DNA of 64,000 nt from the NCBI GenBank assembly GCA_963678065.2, contig CAXXVZ010000003.1:1792001-1856000 (forward strand). Reading direction: 5' to 3'. Of the stretch, positions 50,959 through 60,555 are shown piece by piece. The position numbers and the translations under genes are program-made. The notes under the pieces were generated by a model. It was not told the DNA's origin. It did no database searches and saw only the letters and a program-made list of their open reading frames with translations. Origin of the DNA: Treponemataceae bacterium (GTDB taxonomy: Bacteria > Spirochaetota > Spirochaetia > Treponematales > Rectinemataceae). Numbering within the stretch: position 1 is the stretch's first letter; the number at the start of each line of letters is the position of its first letter.

Positions 50959-51366
50959 TCAGAAACTGCGCGCGAGATCGGCGATGCTTGTGTTCCGGAA
51001 GACCGAAATCACCTGTCCGGTAACCTCGCGGCAGAGCGCTCCGAGCTGGCACGTTCCCGTCGCGCAGACGGCAGTCTCGAAGAGACAGTGCCTGTCGGCG
51101 AGTTTTCCGTCCAGAAGCTCCATGACTTCGAGGCAGCTCAGAGTGGCGGCTTCCCTCGCCAGAACGAAGCCGCCAGTCGGTCCGCGCGTAGAAGCGAGTA
51201 TCCCCGCCTTGGCCAGGGGCTGAAGCGCCTTGGCGAGATAGGTCGGCGAGACACCGAGCCTTTTGGCCGCCGCCTGAGCGGTGATGTTTCCCTGCGAAAC
51301 GGCCACCAGGGCCAGAGCGTGGAGGACCGCGTTTGTCTTGTCGGATACGTTCAGAATCTTTTCCAT
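50959..51366 (-). CDS. Rrf2-family transcriptional regulator with Cys cluster
   Basis: SPTYLAKALQPLAKAGILASTRGPTGGF; C-x6-C-x4-C. Confidence 0.9.
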   Translation of the reverse strand: MEKILNVSDKTNAVLHALALVAVSQGNITAQAAAKRLGVSPTYLAKALQPLAKAGILASTRGPTGGFVLAREAATLSCLEVMELLDGKLADRHCLFETAVCATGTCQLGALCREVTGQVISVFRNTSIADLARSF

Positions 51367-51395
51367 CCTGGCTCCAAGCTAAGGTTGAATCTATT

Positions 51396-51448
51396 ACGGA
51401 TTCAAGTGTCCTGAATCCGTTTATATCCTGTGCTCAAGAAAATGTCAA
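51396..51448 (-). promoter_or_regulatory. Rrf2-hcp promoter with palindromic operator
   Basis: TTGACA-17 nt-TATAAA; IR ACGGATTCA-N7-TGAATCCGT (51396-51420) over the predicted start site. Confidence 0.7.
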
Positions 51449-51481
51449 CACGGACATCCGGCTTTCAAGTATATTCCTGTC

Positions 51482-52204
51482 ATGGACTTTTACGAGACCT
51501 TGGCCCCTCATTACGATTTTTTCTTTCCGCCGAACCCCGCGACCATGGAATTCATCAAGCGGACAAAACCGGAGGGTTCCAGACGGGCATACGACGCCGG
51601 CTGCGCGACGGGAAGCGCTGCGCTGGATCTGGCCCGCGCCGGATGGTCGGTTCTTGGCGTCGACCTCTGCGCTCCCATGATCGATCTGGCGAGAAAAAAA
51701 GCCGACAGTCTCCGCCTGGACACAGTCCGCTTCGAGTGCGGAGACATGACCGAAGAGAGGTTCATCGGGGAGGGAAATCCCTGGTCCCTCGTCCTCTGCC
51801 TCGGCAACACCCTGCCCCACCTCGGGGCGGACTCCATGCTGCGATTCTTTCAGTCGATAAAAAGGAGGATGGAGCCGGAGGGGCTTTTCGTCATCCAGAC
51901 CCTGAACTACGCCCATCCGGAGATCGTGGCCGGATTCGTTTTTCCCGAACTGGAGGCGGATCAGGCTATTCTCCGCAGAACGTACACCGCCCGTTCCGAT
52001 GGAGGCCTGTGGTTCGACACGGAGATACTCGAGGGTGGCAGGATACATGAGGACAGGACAGTCCTGACTCCCGTCACGCCGGGCACACAGAGGCTTTTCC
52101 TCGAGCGGGCGGGATTTTCGGATATCGGCTTTGCCGGAAGTTGGACCAGCCCCGCCTTCGATCAGGAAAAGGACCGCTACCTCATCACGACCGCCCGGGT
52201 CTGA
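51482..52204 (+). CDS. Class I SAM-dependent methyltransferase
   Basis: YDAGCATG, GVDL, GDM, CLGNTLPHL. Confidence 0.85.
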   Translation: MDFYETLAPHYDFFFPPNPATMEFIKRTKPEGSRRAYDAGCATGSAALDLARAGWSVLGVDLCAPMIDLARKKADSLRLDTVRFECGDMTEERFIGEGNPWSLVLCLGNTLPHLGADSMLRFFQSIKRRMEPEGLFVIQTLNYAHPEIVAGFVFPELEADQAILRRTYTARSDGGLWFDTEILEGGRIHEDRTVLTPVTPGTQRLFLERAGFSDIGFAGSWTSPAFDQEKDRYLITTARV

Positions 52205-52394
52205 AGCGCCGGAAATCGACGACCTCGCAGCGAGCAAAGAGGCATGACGCCCGCATGCGAATGAACGAACCCCGGAGCAGAGCTCCGAGGTATCGTTCGT
52301 TCTGTAAGGAATGGATTGTATGCGGGTCCATACCTGATAGCCACTTCACAAGAAAGAGCGAAGCAGAGCTTCGGGGTATGGACCCGCATGCGAA

Positions 52395-53180
52395 TCAGAT
52401 TCGCTCGATCGCGAGGCACTTTCCCGAGGCCGCGTCGAGCGTGAATACGGCGCCGTGTATCGTCGCCTCGCCCTCCGCGGTCTCCATCTTGATAGGGATC
52501 TGGGTCATGCTTCTCTGGAGACATATCTCGCTTTTCACGCCGATGACGGAGTCAGCGGGGCCGGTCATGCCGAGGTCCGTGAGGTACCCCGTGCCCTTGG
52601 GAAGTATCCTCTCGTCGGCCGTCTGCACGTGTGTGTGAGTTCCGGCCAAGGCGGAAATTTCGCCGTCCAGATGCCAGGCGAGCGCTTCCTTCTCCTCTGC
52701 CGACTCCGCGTGAAAGTCGACGACCACGAAGGCGCGGGGATGTTCCCGCTTCGCGCGCCTGATGATATCGGAGGAGATTCTGAAAGGACAATCTATGGAA
52801 TACATTCCTTCGCGTCCCTGGACGTTGATGACGAGCCATTCGGAGTCGCCGGCCGTGATGACATGCCTGCTGCCGGAGCCAGGCGCGCCAGAAGGATAAT
52901 TGGCGGGGCGGAGGAGGCGGGGCTCGGACTCGAGCAACTCCGCGACGGCCGGACGCTCCCAGACATGGTTCCCGGATGTTATGACGTCGACCCCCGCATC
53001 GAACATGTGGGCGGCGTCCTCCGCCGTGATTCCATAGCCACCTTGGGCGTTTTCGCCGTTGGCGACAACGAGATCGGCCTGGACTTTTTTGACCAGCCCC
53101 TTGAGTCCGGCAAAGAGAGCCCGCATACCGGGCGCCCCGATGACGTCGCCGATCATGAGGACCTTCACGGTCTTCTGCAT
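52395..53180 (-). CDS. ymdB: YmdB/TIGR00282 metallophosphoesterase
   Basis: IGDVIG, NGEN, TSGNH, DFHAE, GTHTHVQTADE, TDLGMTGP; follows rny. Confidence 0.9.
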   Translation of the reverse strand: MQKTVKVLMIGDVIGAPGMRALFAGLKGLVKKVQADLVVANGENAQGGYGITAEDAAHMFDAGVDVITSGNHVWERPAVAELLESEPRLLRPANYPSGAPGSGSRHVITAGDSEWLVINVQGREGMYSIDCPFRISSDIIRRAKREHPRAFVVVDFHAESAEEKEALAWHLDGEISALAGTHTHVQTADERILPKGTGYLTDLGMTGPADSVIGVKSEICLQRSMTQIPIKMETAEGEATIHGAVFTLDAASGKCLAIERI

Positions 53181-53349
53181 CTCTCCCCCTCTAAACGGAA
53201 CCGCCCGGAGACCGGCCAGCCGTCTTCCTTCCGGAAAGCGGTCAACGGATCCCCGGGCGGTTCTCCCGCGGTGGAACGGGAAACACCGTCATATCGATCT
53301 GAAAGGCGCCGGAACCGCCGCCTCCCGGACAGCGCTTCTCTGTTCCGGT

Positions 53350-54879
53350 CTAGCGCGCGTACTCGACTATGCGCGTCTCGCGTATGATGGTGACCTTGAT
53401 CCGTCCCGGATACCTGAGGTCACTCTCGATCTTCTTGGCTATGCTCTTGCAGAGATCCTTGGCCTGATCGTCCGAAACCTGCTCGTAGTTGACGAGGATG
53501 CGGAGTTCGCGGCCGGCCTGGATCGCGTAGGCTTTCTCGACGCCGGAGAAGCTCTCGGCGATGTTCTCGAGATTCTCGAGGCGTTTGACGTAGTTGTCGA
53601 GCGTCTCGCGGCGTGCGCCGGGCCTGGCTGCCGAAATCGCATCGGCGATCTGGACGATGATGCTCTCGGGGCAGATCGGCTCGACATCGTTGTGGTGTGC
53701 CCCGACGGCGTTGACGATGCGCGGGTCTTCGCCGAGCTTGCGCACGAGTTCCATGCCCATTTCGGCGTGGTTCTGGTCCCCGTCCGTCTCGATGCCCTTT
53801 CCGATATCGTGCAGGAGAGCGCCGCGCTTGGCGATATCCCTGTTGACGCCGATCTCCGCGGCGAGCATCCCGGCGATGACGGCGACTTCCTTGGAGTGGG
53901 CGAGGACGTTCTGTCCGTAGCTCGTCCGGAAGTGCAGCCTTCCGAGCGCCTTGATGAGCTCGGGCGCCATGTTGTGCAGCCCGAGATCGAATACGACCTT
54001 CTCGCCTTCCTCGAAGATCTTCTGGGCTATCTCGCGGGTGACCTTCTGGACGACTTCCTCGATCCTGGCGGGGTGGATGCGCCCGTCCGTGATGAGGCGT
54101 TCCAAGGAGACCCTGGCGATCTCGCGCCTGACCGGGTCGAAGCAGGAGATGACGACGGCCTCGGGCGTGTCGTCGATGATGACGTCGACGCCGGTGAGGG
54201 TCTCGAGGGTCCTGATGTTGCGCCCCTCGCGGCCGATGATCCTGCCCTTCATCTCGTCGGAGGGCAGGCTGACCGAGGTGACCGTCGCTTCGGCGGTGAC
54301 ATCGGTGGCGAGCCTCTGGACAGTCCCGATGAGGATGTCCTTGGCTTTCTTGTCGGCGGAGAGCTGGGCTTCCTGCTCGATCTTGTTGACGATGACCTGC
54401 GCGTCGCGACGGGCCTCGTTCTCGAGCCCCTGGATGATGAGTTTCTTGGCTTCATCGGCGGTGAGGCCGGATATGCGCTCAAGTTCCTTGCGGTAGCGCT
54501 CTTCCTGGCCCGAAAGGAAATCTTCGCGCTCGAGCGCGGCTTTTTCCCGGGACTTCAGCGCCTGTTCCTGCCTCTCGATGGCGTCGATCTTGTTGTCGAG
54601 ATTCTCTTCTTTCTGTATGAGACGACGTTCGAGCTTCTGAAGCTCGACACGGCGTTCGCGGTTCTCGCGCTCCTGCTGGTTTCTTTCCCGAATGAGCTGA
54701 TCTTTCGCCTCTACCAGGATCTCTTTCTTCTGCGCCTCGGCCTCTCTGACCGCGTCCTGCTTGACCCGCTCCGCCATCTGCTCGGCTGCGGTGAGTTGAA
54801 ATCTGGCGTACAGCCAGCGAATCGTCCATCCAAGAACCAAACCGGCAAGAGGCAAGGCAGCATACCATAAGGCTGTCAT
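53350..54879 (-). CDS. rny: Ribonuclease Y
   Basis: N-terminal TM, coiled coil, KH (KGRIIGREGRNIR), HD (LLHDIGK), SAARPGAR. Confidence 0.96.
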   Translation of the reverse strand: MTALWYAALPLAGLVLGWTIRWLYARFQLTAAEQMAERVKQDAVREAEAQKKEILVEAKDQLIRERNQQERENRERRVELQKLERRLIQKEENLDNKIDAIERQEQALKSREKAALEREDFLSGQEERYRKELERISGLTADEAKKLIIQGLENEARRDAQVIVNKIEQEAQLSADKKAKDILIGTVQRLATDVTAEATVTSVSLPSDEMKGRIIGREGRNIRTLETLTGVDVIIDDTPEAVVISCFDPVRREIARVSLERLITDGRIHPARIEEVVQKVTREIAQKIFEEGEKVVFDLGLHNMAPELIKALGRLHFRTSYGQNVLAHSKEVAVIAGMLAAEIGVNRDIAKRGALLHDIGKGIETDGDQNHAEMGMELVRKLGEDPRIVNAVGAHHNDVEPICPESIIVQIADAISAARPGARRETLDNYVKRLENLENIAESFSGVEKAYAIQAGRELRILVNYEQVSDDQAKDLCKSIAKKIESDLRYPGRIKVTIIRETRIVEYAR

Positions 54880-54976
54880 GATACCTCCGACCTGCAATAC
54901 TATTCGTTCCGATTATACGGAAGGAGCATTCTTTGTCAAGGTTACATGAAAATCAATATTTTCCTGTGATTCGCGA

Positions 54977-55005
54977 TTGACGAACCCCATCTCCGAGACT
55001 ATAAT
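54977..55005 (+). promoter_or_regulatory. Sigma70 promoter upstream of the RRM gene
   Basis: TTGACG-17 nt-TATAAT. Confidence 0.72.
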
Positions 55006-55342
55006 GTATTGATGGAGCCTTGAAATGGCTTCATGTACTTTCGGAGGGAAGAGTTCGCCCTTTCCGTTTTTTTAAGGTTGAAAACAGGTTCGCATGAGCA
55101 TTGTCAAATCGGTCGCATCCGCTCGTAACCCGGCGGTCGGGTTCCAGCCTTCCAGCGCACCTCACATCGCAGGTAAAGAAAGAAAAAATCTCTCTTCGAC
55201 CTCACCCGTTTTACACTCCTTCAAAATCTCGGACACCCTGAACAGCCCCTTCCGGAAAGCATCAGTACGTTCGCCCTGGGCGAACGGATCCGGTATCGGC
55301 ATGGTTAATTCCATGCCGGGCCTTAGTTGAGGGTTTTCCCGC

Positions 55343-55627
55343 ATGTCCAAGAAGGTTTACGTCGGCAACATGAATTATGGCACCGCAGAGAATCAGCTCC
55401 GCGATTTGTTCGCCCAGTACGGCGAGGTTCTCTCGGTCAACATCATCGTCGACCGCTACACCGGCAAGGCGAAAGGTTTCGGCTTTGTTGAAATGACCAA
55501 CGACGAAGAAGCCCGCGCCGCGATCGAAGCCCTCAACGGCTTCGAGTTTATGGGCCGCCAGCTCCGTGTGAACGAAGCGGAAGACAAGCCGCGCCGCGAC
55601 AGCAATTTCCGCCCGCGCCGCTACTGA
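55343..55627 (+). CDS. RRM-domain RNA-binding protein
   Basis: RNP2 VYVGNM, RNP1 KGFGFVEM, LRVNEA. Confidence 0.93.
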   Translation: MSKKVYVGNMNYGTAENQLRDLFAQYGEVLSVNIIVDRYTGKAKGFGFVEMTNDEEARAAIEALNGFEFMGRQLRVNEAEDKPRRDSNFRPRRY

Positions 55628-55705
55628 TCAGAGAGATCCCGTCCCGACGGCCTGAAGTCGTCGGACTCGGGTAGGACACGCGAGGCGAAAGTCGAGCGTG
55701 AATAG

Positions 55706-55739
55706 CCGTCCGGAGGCCGCCCGGACGGTTTTTTATTTT
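55706..55739 (+). terminator. Intrinsic terminator
   Basis: CCGTCCGG-AGGCCGC-CCGGACGG-TTTTTT. Confidence 0.78.
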
Positions 55740-55771
55740 CGCCGCCTGCTTGCTGCCAGTCTGTCTTCCCT

Positions 55772-56863
55772 CTAGACCAGTTTCCCTCTCTGGACGCGCT
55801 CGAGGACGGCGACGAGCCTGCGGAAACGGGCCGGCACCGGGGCTCTGAAGGTATCCGGTTCCCTGTGCCCGGGAAGCAGTATTCTGAGCTTCTGCGCGTG
55901 GAGCATGAGGGTCGCCTCGGGGAAGATCGCGTCCGCTTTTCCGTAGACGGGATCGCCCAGGATGGGGCATCCAAGATACTGCATGTGGACCCTGAGCTGG
56001 TGTGTCCGGCCCGTGCGGGGACGCAGGGCGACCAGCGCGTACTTCGTTCCGCCTCCGCCGCCTCTTCCTTCGATCCTTCCCGAGACCGAATCCCACGCCG
56101 CGAGGACCCTGTAGTCCGTGACCGAAAGTCTGCCCTCCGTCTCCGACACACAGAAACGCTTTCTTTCTTTCCTGTCCCGGGTGAGGCGATTTTCGATCCG
56201 CCCCGAGAGTTCCGGCGGAATTCCTCTCGTTATCGCGATATACTCCTTCCGCACGCTTCTGTCCCTGAATTGCTGCGCGAGAAAGGCCTGGGCTTCGGCC
56301 CCTTTTGCGGCGACGATGACGCCCGACGTGTCTTTGTCCAACCGGTGGACTATGAAGCCGCGCAGGGCGGCATAGGGGTCCTGTGCGGTGGAGGGCGGCG
56401 AGACTCCGGCGGCGCGGGAGGCCACGCCGAATCGCCCGGCGAGGGCGTTGGCGAGAGTTCCGCGCCTGTTTCCGTGTCCGGGATGGGTGACCATGCCTTG
56501 TGGCTTGTTCACCACGACGACAGCCTCGTCCTCGTAGAGGATGTCGAGGGGGATGTCTTCAGGTACGAGCCCGGGCGCGGGCTCTTCGGTCCAGTCGACG
56601 GAGAGCCGGTCTCCGGGAGACAGCTCACGGGAAACCTTGATCTCCTTGCCGGCGAGGCGGATCACCGCTCCGCGCGCCTTGATCTGGGAACGGGTGAGGA
56701 TTCCGAGGACCTCCGCCACATAACGGTCGGCGCGATCCGCCCCTTCCGGACCGACTATGCCTTCCCAATGCCGCGGTATGCCGCTCTTGGCTGGGCCTTC
56801 GGGCTCCTTCCGGCGTGAACTTCCAGGCAGGTTCTTGCGAGGAATGGATTTGTGCGCTGCCAT
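55772..56863 (-). CDS. RluA/RluD-family pseudouridine synthase
   Basis: VNKPQGM, IVHRLDKDTSG, TGRTHQLRVH, PILGDPVYG; start uncertain. Confidence 0.9.
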   Translation of the reverse strand: MAAHKSIPRKNLPGSSRRKEPEGPAKSGIPRHWEGIVGPEGADRADRYVAEVLGILTRSQIKARGAVIRLAGKEIKVSRELSPGDRLSVDWTEEPAPGLVPEDIPLDILYEDEAVVVVNKPQGMVTHPGHGNRRGTLANALAGRFGVASRAAGVSPPSTAQDPYAALRGFIVHRLDKDTSGVIVAAKGAEAQAFLAQQFRDRSVRKEYIAITRGIPPELSGRIENRLTRDRKERKRFCVSETEGRLSVTDYRVLAAWDSVSGRIEGRGGGGGTKYALVALRPRTGRTHQLRVHMQYLGCPILGDPVYGKADAIFPEATLMLHAQKLRILLPGHREPDTFRAPVPARFRRLVAVLERVQRGKLV

Positions 56864-57098
56864 CCGTAGCTCCTTGAAAAATGGCGGTCGGAAACTGCGC
56901 AAGGATCGCGGCTGCCGGACCATGCACAGCCTACAGCGTGGATACATGGCAGAATGATTCAGAGCGCTGGGTTTCCGGCATCCTGGACAGATACTAGATG
57001 CGATGGGGATGCCGCATCAAGCCGGGAGGGGCTCGAGTCTTCGCTTGACGGTACAATCATGGTGCCGTACTCTTTCCGGACAAACAAATGGAGGAACC

Positions 57099-57548
57099 AT
57101 GGACAGGGAAAAGGAACTTTCGCGCGTCGGGCTCTTCGAAAAACTCGACAGGCGGCATCTCAGGAACCTCGCGAGCATCTGCGTGGAAAAGAACTTCGAA
57201 GCGGGAACCCTTCTGGTAAAGCAGGGTGAAAACGGCGTGGGACTCTTCATCATCCTGTCAGGCAGGGTCGGCATCTCCAAGACGGACTCAGACAGTGTAG
57301 AGACAAAGGTTGCGGAATGCGGTCCCGGCGACATCCTCGGCGAGATGTCGGTATTCGACGGTGCGCCCCGCTCCGCCAGCGCCGTCGCGCTCGAGCCGAC
57401 GCACTGCCTCGTCCTCGCGGCCTGGGAATTCAACGCATTCCTCAAGTCGCATCCGGAGGCTATGCTCGAACTCCTGCACATCGTCGTCGCGCGATACCGC
57501 CAGACGAACGAGGCACTGCTCGGGCTGGGCGCCGCGCGCCACGATTAA
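57099..57548 (+). CDS. Stand-alone cyclic nucleotide-binding domain protein
   Basis: GEMSVFDGAPRSASA; RBS GGAGG; no HTH domain. Confidence 0.85.
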   Translation: MDREKELSRVGLFEKLDRRHLRNLASICVEKNFEAGTLLVKQGENGVGLFIILSGRVGISKTDSDSVETKVAECGPGDILGEMSVFDGAPRSASAVALEPTHCLVLAAWEFNAFLKSHPEAMLELLHIVVARYRQTNEALLGLGAARHD

Positions 57549-57619
57549 AGAGGTGTCGGTACAGCCCGGGCCGAGGCCCGGGCAGTCGTTCCGGCGCCCG
57601 AGGGCATTCTTCGCGGCGA

Positions 57620-58432
57620 TTATTCTGAATCGGCGAGTGCGGCGATATCGCGCGTTCCGGGCGTCTTGTAGTATTCGACATTCCACAGGAAAAGCCCCTT
57701 CGCGGGAGCGGTCGTTCCAGCCAGGCGCCTGTCCCTGGCCGAAAGGACGGCTCCCATCCTTTCGGCCGCCTCCTGCGGACCGGAAGTCTCCCTCTCGAAC
57801 TGCAGCATCGACCCAACAAGAGATCTGACCATCCTGAGCAGGAAGGCATTGGCCGCCACCTGGTAGAGGAGCGTGTCGCCCTCCCAATGGAAGGAGGATT
57901 CGAAGACGAACCTGTGCCGCGAAAGGCTCGGGTCGCGCGCCGAGGCAAAAGAGGTAAAATCCTTCTCGCCGAGTATGAGGCCGGCCATGGCGTTGAGGGA
58001 GCGGATATCGGGAGTGTGGAAAATCCTGTGCGCGTACCTGAGCCTGTACGGTTCGGATTCGCTGCCACAGATGATGAAGTATCGGTACCGCCTGAGGCGC
58101 GCGTCGAACCGTACATGGAAGTCGGGCTGCGCCTCCTCCGACCGGAGTATCCGAAGGTCGGAAGGCAGGAAGCTGTTGAGTGCCGGAGTGAATTTTGCCG
58201 CGGGGATCCCCGCGATGTCGGTCTTGAAGCCGGCGACCTGTCCTCTGGCGTGAACTCCCGCATCGGTGCGACCCGCTCCCGCGACGCCGAGTTCATGGCC
58301 GTGAAGCGCGGTCAGGGCGGTTTCGAGCTCTTCCTGGACCGAACGGGCGTTTTTCTGCCTCTGCCACCCGGAAAAATCCGTGCCGTCGTAGGAGAGGACG
58401 AGTTTGATGTTCCTGTCTTCCATCCCGCTCAA
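57620..58432 (-). CDS. truA: tRNA pseudouridine(38-40) synthase
   Basis: YDGTDFSGWQ, AGRTDAGVHARGQ, FLLRMVR, TAPAKGL. Confidence 0.95.
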   Translation of the reverse strand: MSGMEDRNIKLVLSYDGTDFSGWQRQKNARSVQEELETALTALHGHELGVAGAGRTDAGVHARGQVAGFKTDIAGIPAAKFTPALNSFLPSDLRILRSEEAQPDFHVRFDARLRRYRYFIICGSESEPYRLRYAHRIFHTPDIRSLNAMAGLILGEKDFTSFASARDPSLSRHRFVFESSFHWEGDTLLYQVAANAFLLRMVRSLVGSMLQFERETSGPQEAAERMGAVLSARDRRLAGTTAPAKGLFLWNVEYYKTPGTRDIAALADSE

Positions 58433-58806
58433 TCCCGTTTTTCTATGACGACCATCGCGATGGCGTTTTCGCGCTCGTGGGTCATGGAAAGGTGGAGCAC
58501 CGTACCCCCTGTGCGCCGGAAACGTTCGAGGGCGGTTCCGTGGAGCACCATGTCGGGCTTTCCGTTGTGGTTGTTGATGACCTGTATGTCCTTGAGCTTC
58601 ATCCCGGCGAGCCCCGTCCCGATCGCCTTGCCGAAAGCTTCTTTGGCGGCGAACCGGGCGGCGAGCGAGAGAGGTGCCGCGCTGCCCCGTTCCCTCGAGG
58701 CAACTATCTCATCCGGATGGAAGAACCTGTCCACGAGTCCGGGAACCGAAAGCCAGTGCTCTATCCTGCCGACGTGGACGACGTCGATGCCTATTCCGGT
58801 GATCAC
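58429..58806 (-). CDS. acpS: Holo-ACP synthase
   Basis: GIGIDVV, AARFAAKEAFGKA, LSMTH. Confidence 0.93.
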   Translation of the reverse strand: MITGIGIDVVHVGRIEHWLSVPGLVDRFFHPDEIVASRERGSAAPLSLAARFAAKEAFGKAIGTGLAGMKLKDIQVINNHNGKPDMVLHGTALERFRRTGGTVLHLSMTHERENAIAMVVIEKRD

Positions 58807-59768
58807 GGGGTTCCTTCTTTTTTCTGGATGACCCGCAGGCTGACAGTCGCGGGTTCATAGCTCTCCACCGCGATGCCCTCCGGGGACTTCGCGGAAACCG
58901 GGAGAGTGTAGACCCCCGCCTTGTGGATTTCGGAAGCATCGACAAGGAGGGTACCCGTCGGATTCTGCGCAGTCTCTGTGCTTCCTCTCGGAGTCCTGAG
59001 GCGCATGGAACCCAGGGGCGGGGCCTCGGCCAGAGTGAACTGTTCAGAAAGGTCGGAAACCTTTATTTCGACGTTGGTGAGGACTTTTGCGGGGAGGGAT
59101 TTCTGTATGATGGCCCTGAACTCCACCGAATCCTGCCCGTTCACGACGTTGAGACCTTCTTTTTTGAGGAGGTTGACCCGGGCGGTAAAATCGCCGTTCC
59201 GGCCGGCGAGTTCGATGAAATCGGTGGGGATATCGGTCGTACGCGCGACGGCGCCGGCGGGGCCGCTGATCTGGATTTGAGCGGGGTCGAGGGCATAGGA
59301 GATGAGTTCGTAGCCCGACTCCAGGAAGCCACGGAACGAGGGCGTGACGGGAACCGTCTTGCGGGCTTTCTTCTCTATACCGACCGCGATCTCGGAGGGC
59401 TCGACCTGGATCTCGAGCGGATCGATGCCGGCGGCCTCTCCTCTCCTCTCGATGCGGACATTGACGCGGTGGATGCCTTCGCTCCGGAAAGACGTCAGGT
59501 CGAGGCTGGCAGTGATGTCGTCCTCCCTGATCGAGACAAGGCTCTCCGCCTCGCCGCGCAGGATGACGCGCACGGAGCGCGGGAACTGGTTGGAGGGGAG
59601 GTATTCTTCGTTGAGCGAGATGGCGAGGGGCACAAAGAGGTATCGCTCCCCGAGGCGGTTCAGGCTGAAAAAGAAGAAGAGGAGGAGCGCCGCGGCGAGC
59701 GAGAGGATCTTGGCGGGCCAGTCGTTCATCACCCGCTCGAGAAGGGGTTTATGCTTCGACAGAGGCAT
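58803..59768 (-). CDS. CdaR/YbbR-like protein
   Basis: NDWPAKILSLAAALLLF TM followed by YbbR-like beta repeats; follows cdaA. Confidence 0.8.
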   Translation of the reverse strand: MPLSKHKPLLERVMNDWPAKILSLAAALLLFFFFSLNRLGERYLFVPLAISLNEEYLPSNQFPRSVRVILRGEAESLVSIREDDITASLDLTSFRSEGIHRVNVRIERRGEAAGIDPLEIQVEPSEIAVGIEKKARKTVPVTPSFRGFLESGYELISYALDPAQIQISGPAGAVARTTDIPTDFIELAGRNGDFTARVNLLKKEGLNVVNGQDSVEFRAIIQKSLPAKVLTNVEIKVSDLSEQFTLAEAPPLGSMRLRTPRGSTETAQNPTGTLLVDASEIHKAGVYTLPVSAKSPEGIAVESYEPATVSLRVIQKKEGTP

Positions 59769-60555
59769 CGTCGGAGCCCTCCTTCGCCTCGCTGTAGCTG
59801 TCAAGAAGATCGTGGAGTCTCGCCCGGATGCCGGAGGCCGGCAGTCCGTAGTAGAGCTTCGAGTCGTAGGCGAGCGAGATGGCCCCCGTCTCCTCCGAGA
59901 CCACGAGGACGACCGAGTCCGTGTCCTCGGTTACACCGAGAGCGGCGCGGTGGCGTGTGCCGAAACTTTTCCGTATGTCCTGCTGCTCGGAGAGCGGAAG
60001 GAAACAGCCCGCCGAGGCGATGCGGCCATTCTGGATGATGAGGGCCCCATCGTGCAGGGGGGTGTCGTACTCGAAGATGCTGACTATGAGGCTCGTGGAG
60101 ATGAGGGCGTCGAGCCGCGTTCCTGCGTCGACGATGCTCTTGAGACCGACATCGCGCACGAACACGACGAGGGCTCCGCGCCGCTTGGCCGAGAGCATTT
60201 CCGCCGCGGCTATGACGGCCTCGAATTGGGTGTTCCTCGCCCTGCCCACGCCCTTGAAGAGCGAGCCCTGGCCGAGACGCATGAATATTTTGCGGAGTTC
60301 AGGCTGAAAAACGATGGCGAGGGCGATGACGAGGCCGGGAGCGAGGATGCCGAGGAGCCAGGTGACGGTCGCGAGCTTGAGGAAGAAGGCGGCCGTGTAG
60401 ATTCCGGCGAGGATGAGAATCCCCTTGACGAGCTGGATGGCCTGGGTCCGCACGAGTATCTCGTATGTCTTGTATATGAGGAAGGCGAGGAGGAGTATGT
60501 CCGCGGCGGGGCGCAGGTATTCCGTGATGAGCTTCCCGAACGGCTGCAGGTTCAC
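59749..60555 (-). CDS. cdaA: Diadenylate cyclase
   Basis: 3 TM, IVFQPELR, TPLHDGA, FGTRHRAA, VVSEETG. Confidence 0.94.
   Translation of the reverse strand: MNLQPFGKLITEYLRPAADILLLAFLIYKTYEILVRTQAIQLVKGILILAGIYTAAFFLKLATVTWLLGILAPGLVIALAIVFQPELRKIFMRLGQGSLFKGVGRARNTQFEAVIAAAEMLSAKRRGALVVFVRDVGLKSIVDAGTRLDALISTSLIVSIFEYDTPLHDGALIIQNGRIASAGCFLPLSEQQDIRKSFGTRHRAALGVTEDTDSVVLVVSEETGAISLAYDSKLYYGLPASGIRARLHDLLDSYSEAKEGSDDASVEA

Noticed and set aside
54880..55340. 6S RNA near rny
   Set aside because: No long rod with a central bubble is evident and there is no zapA context
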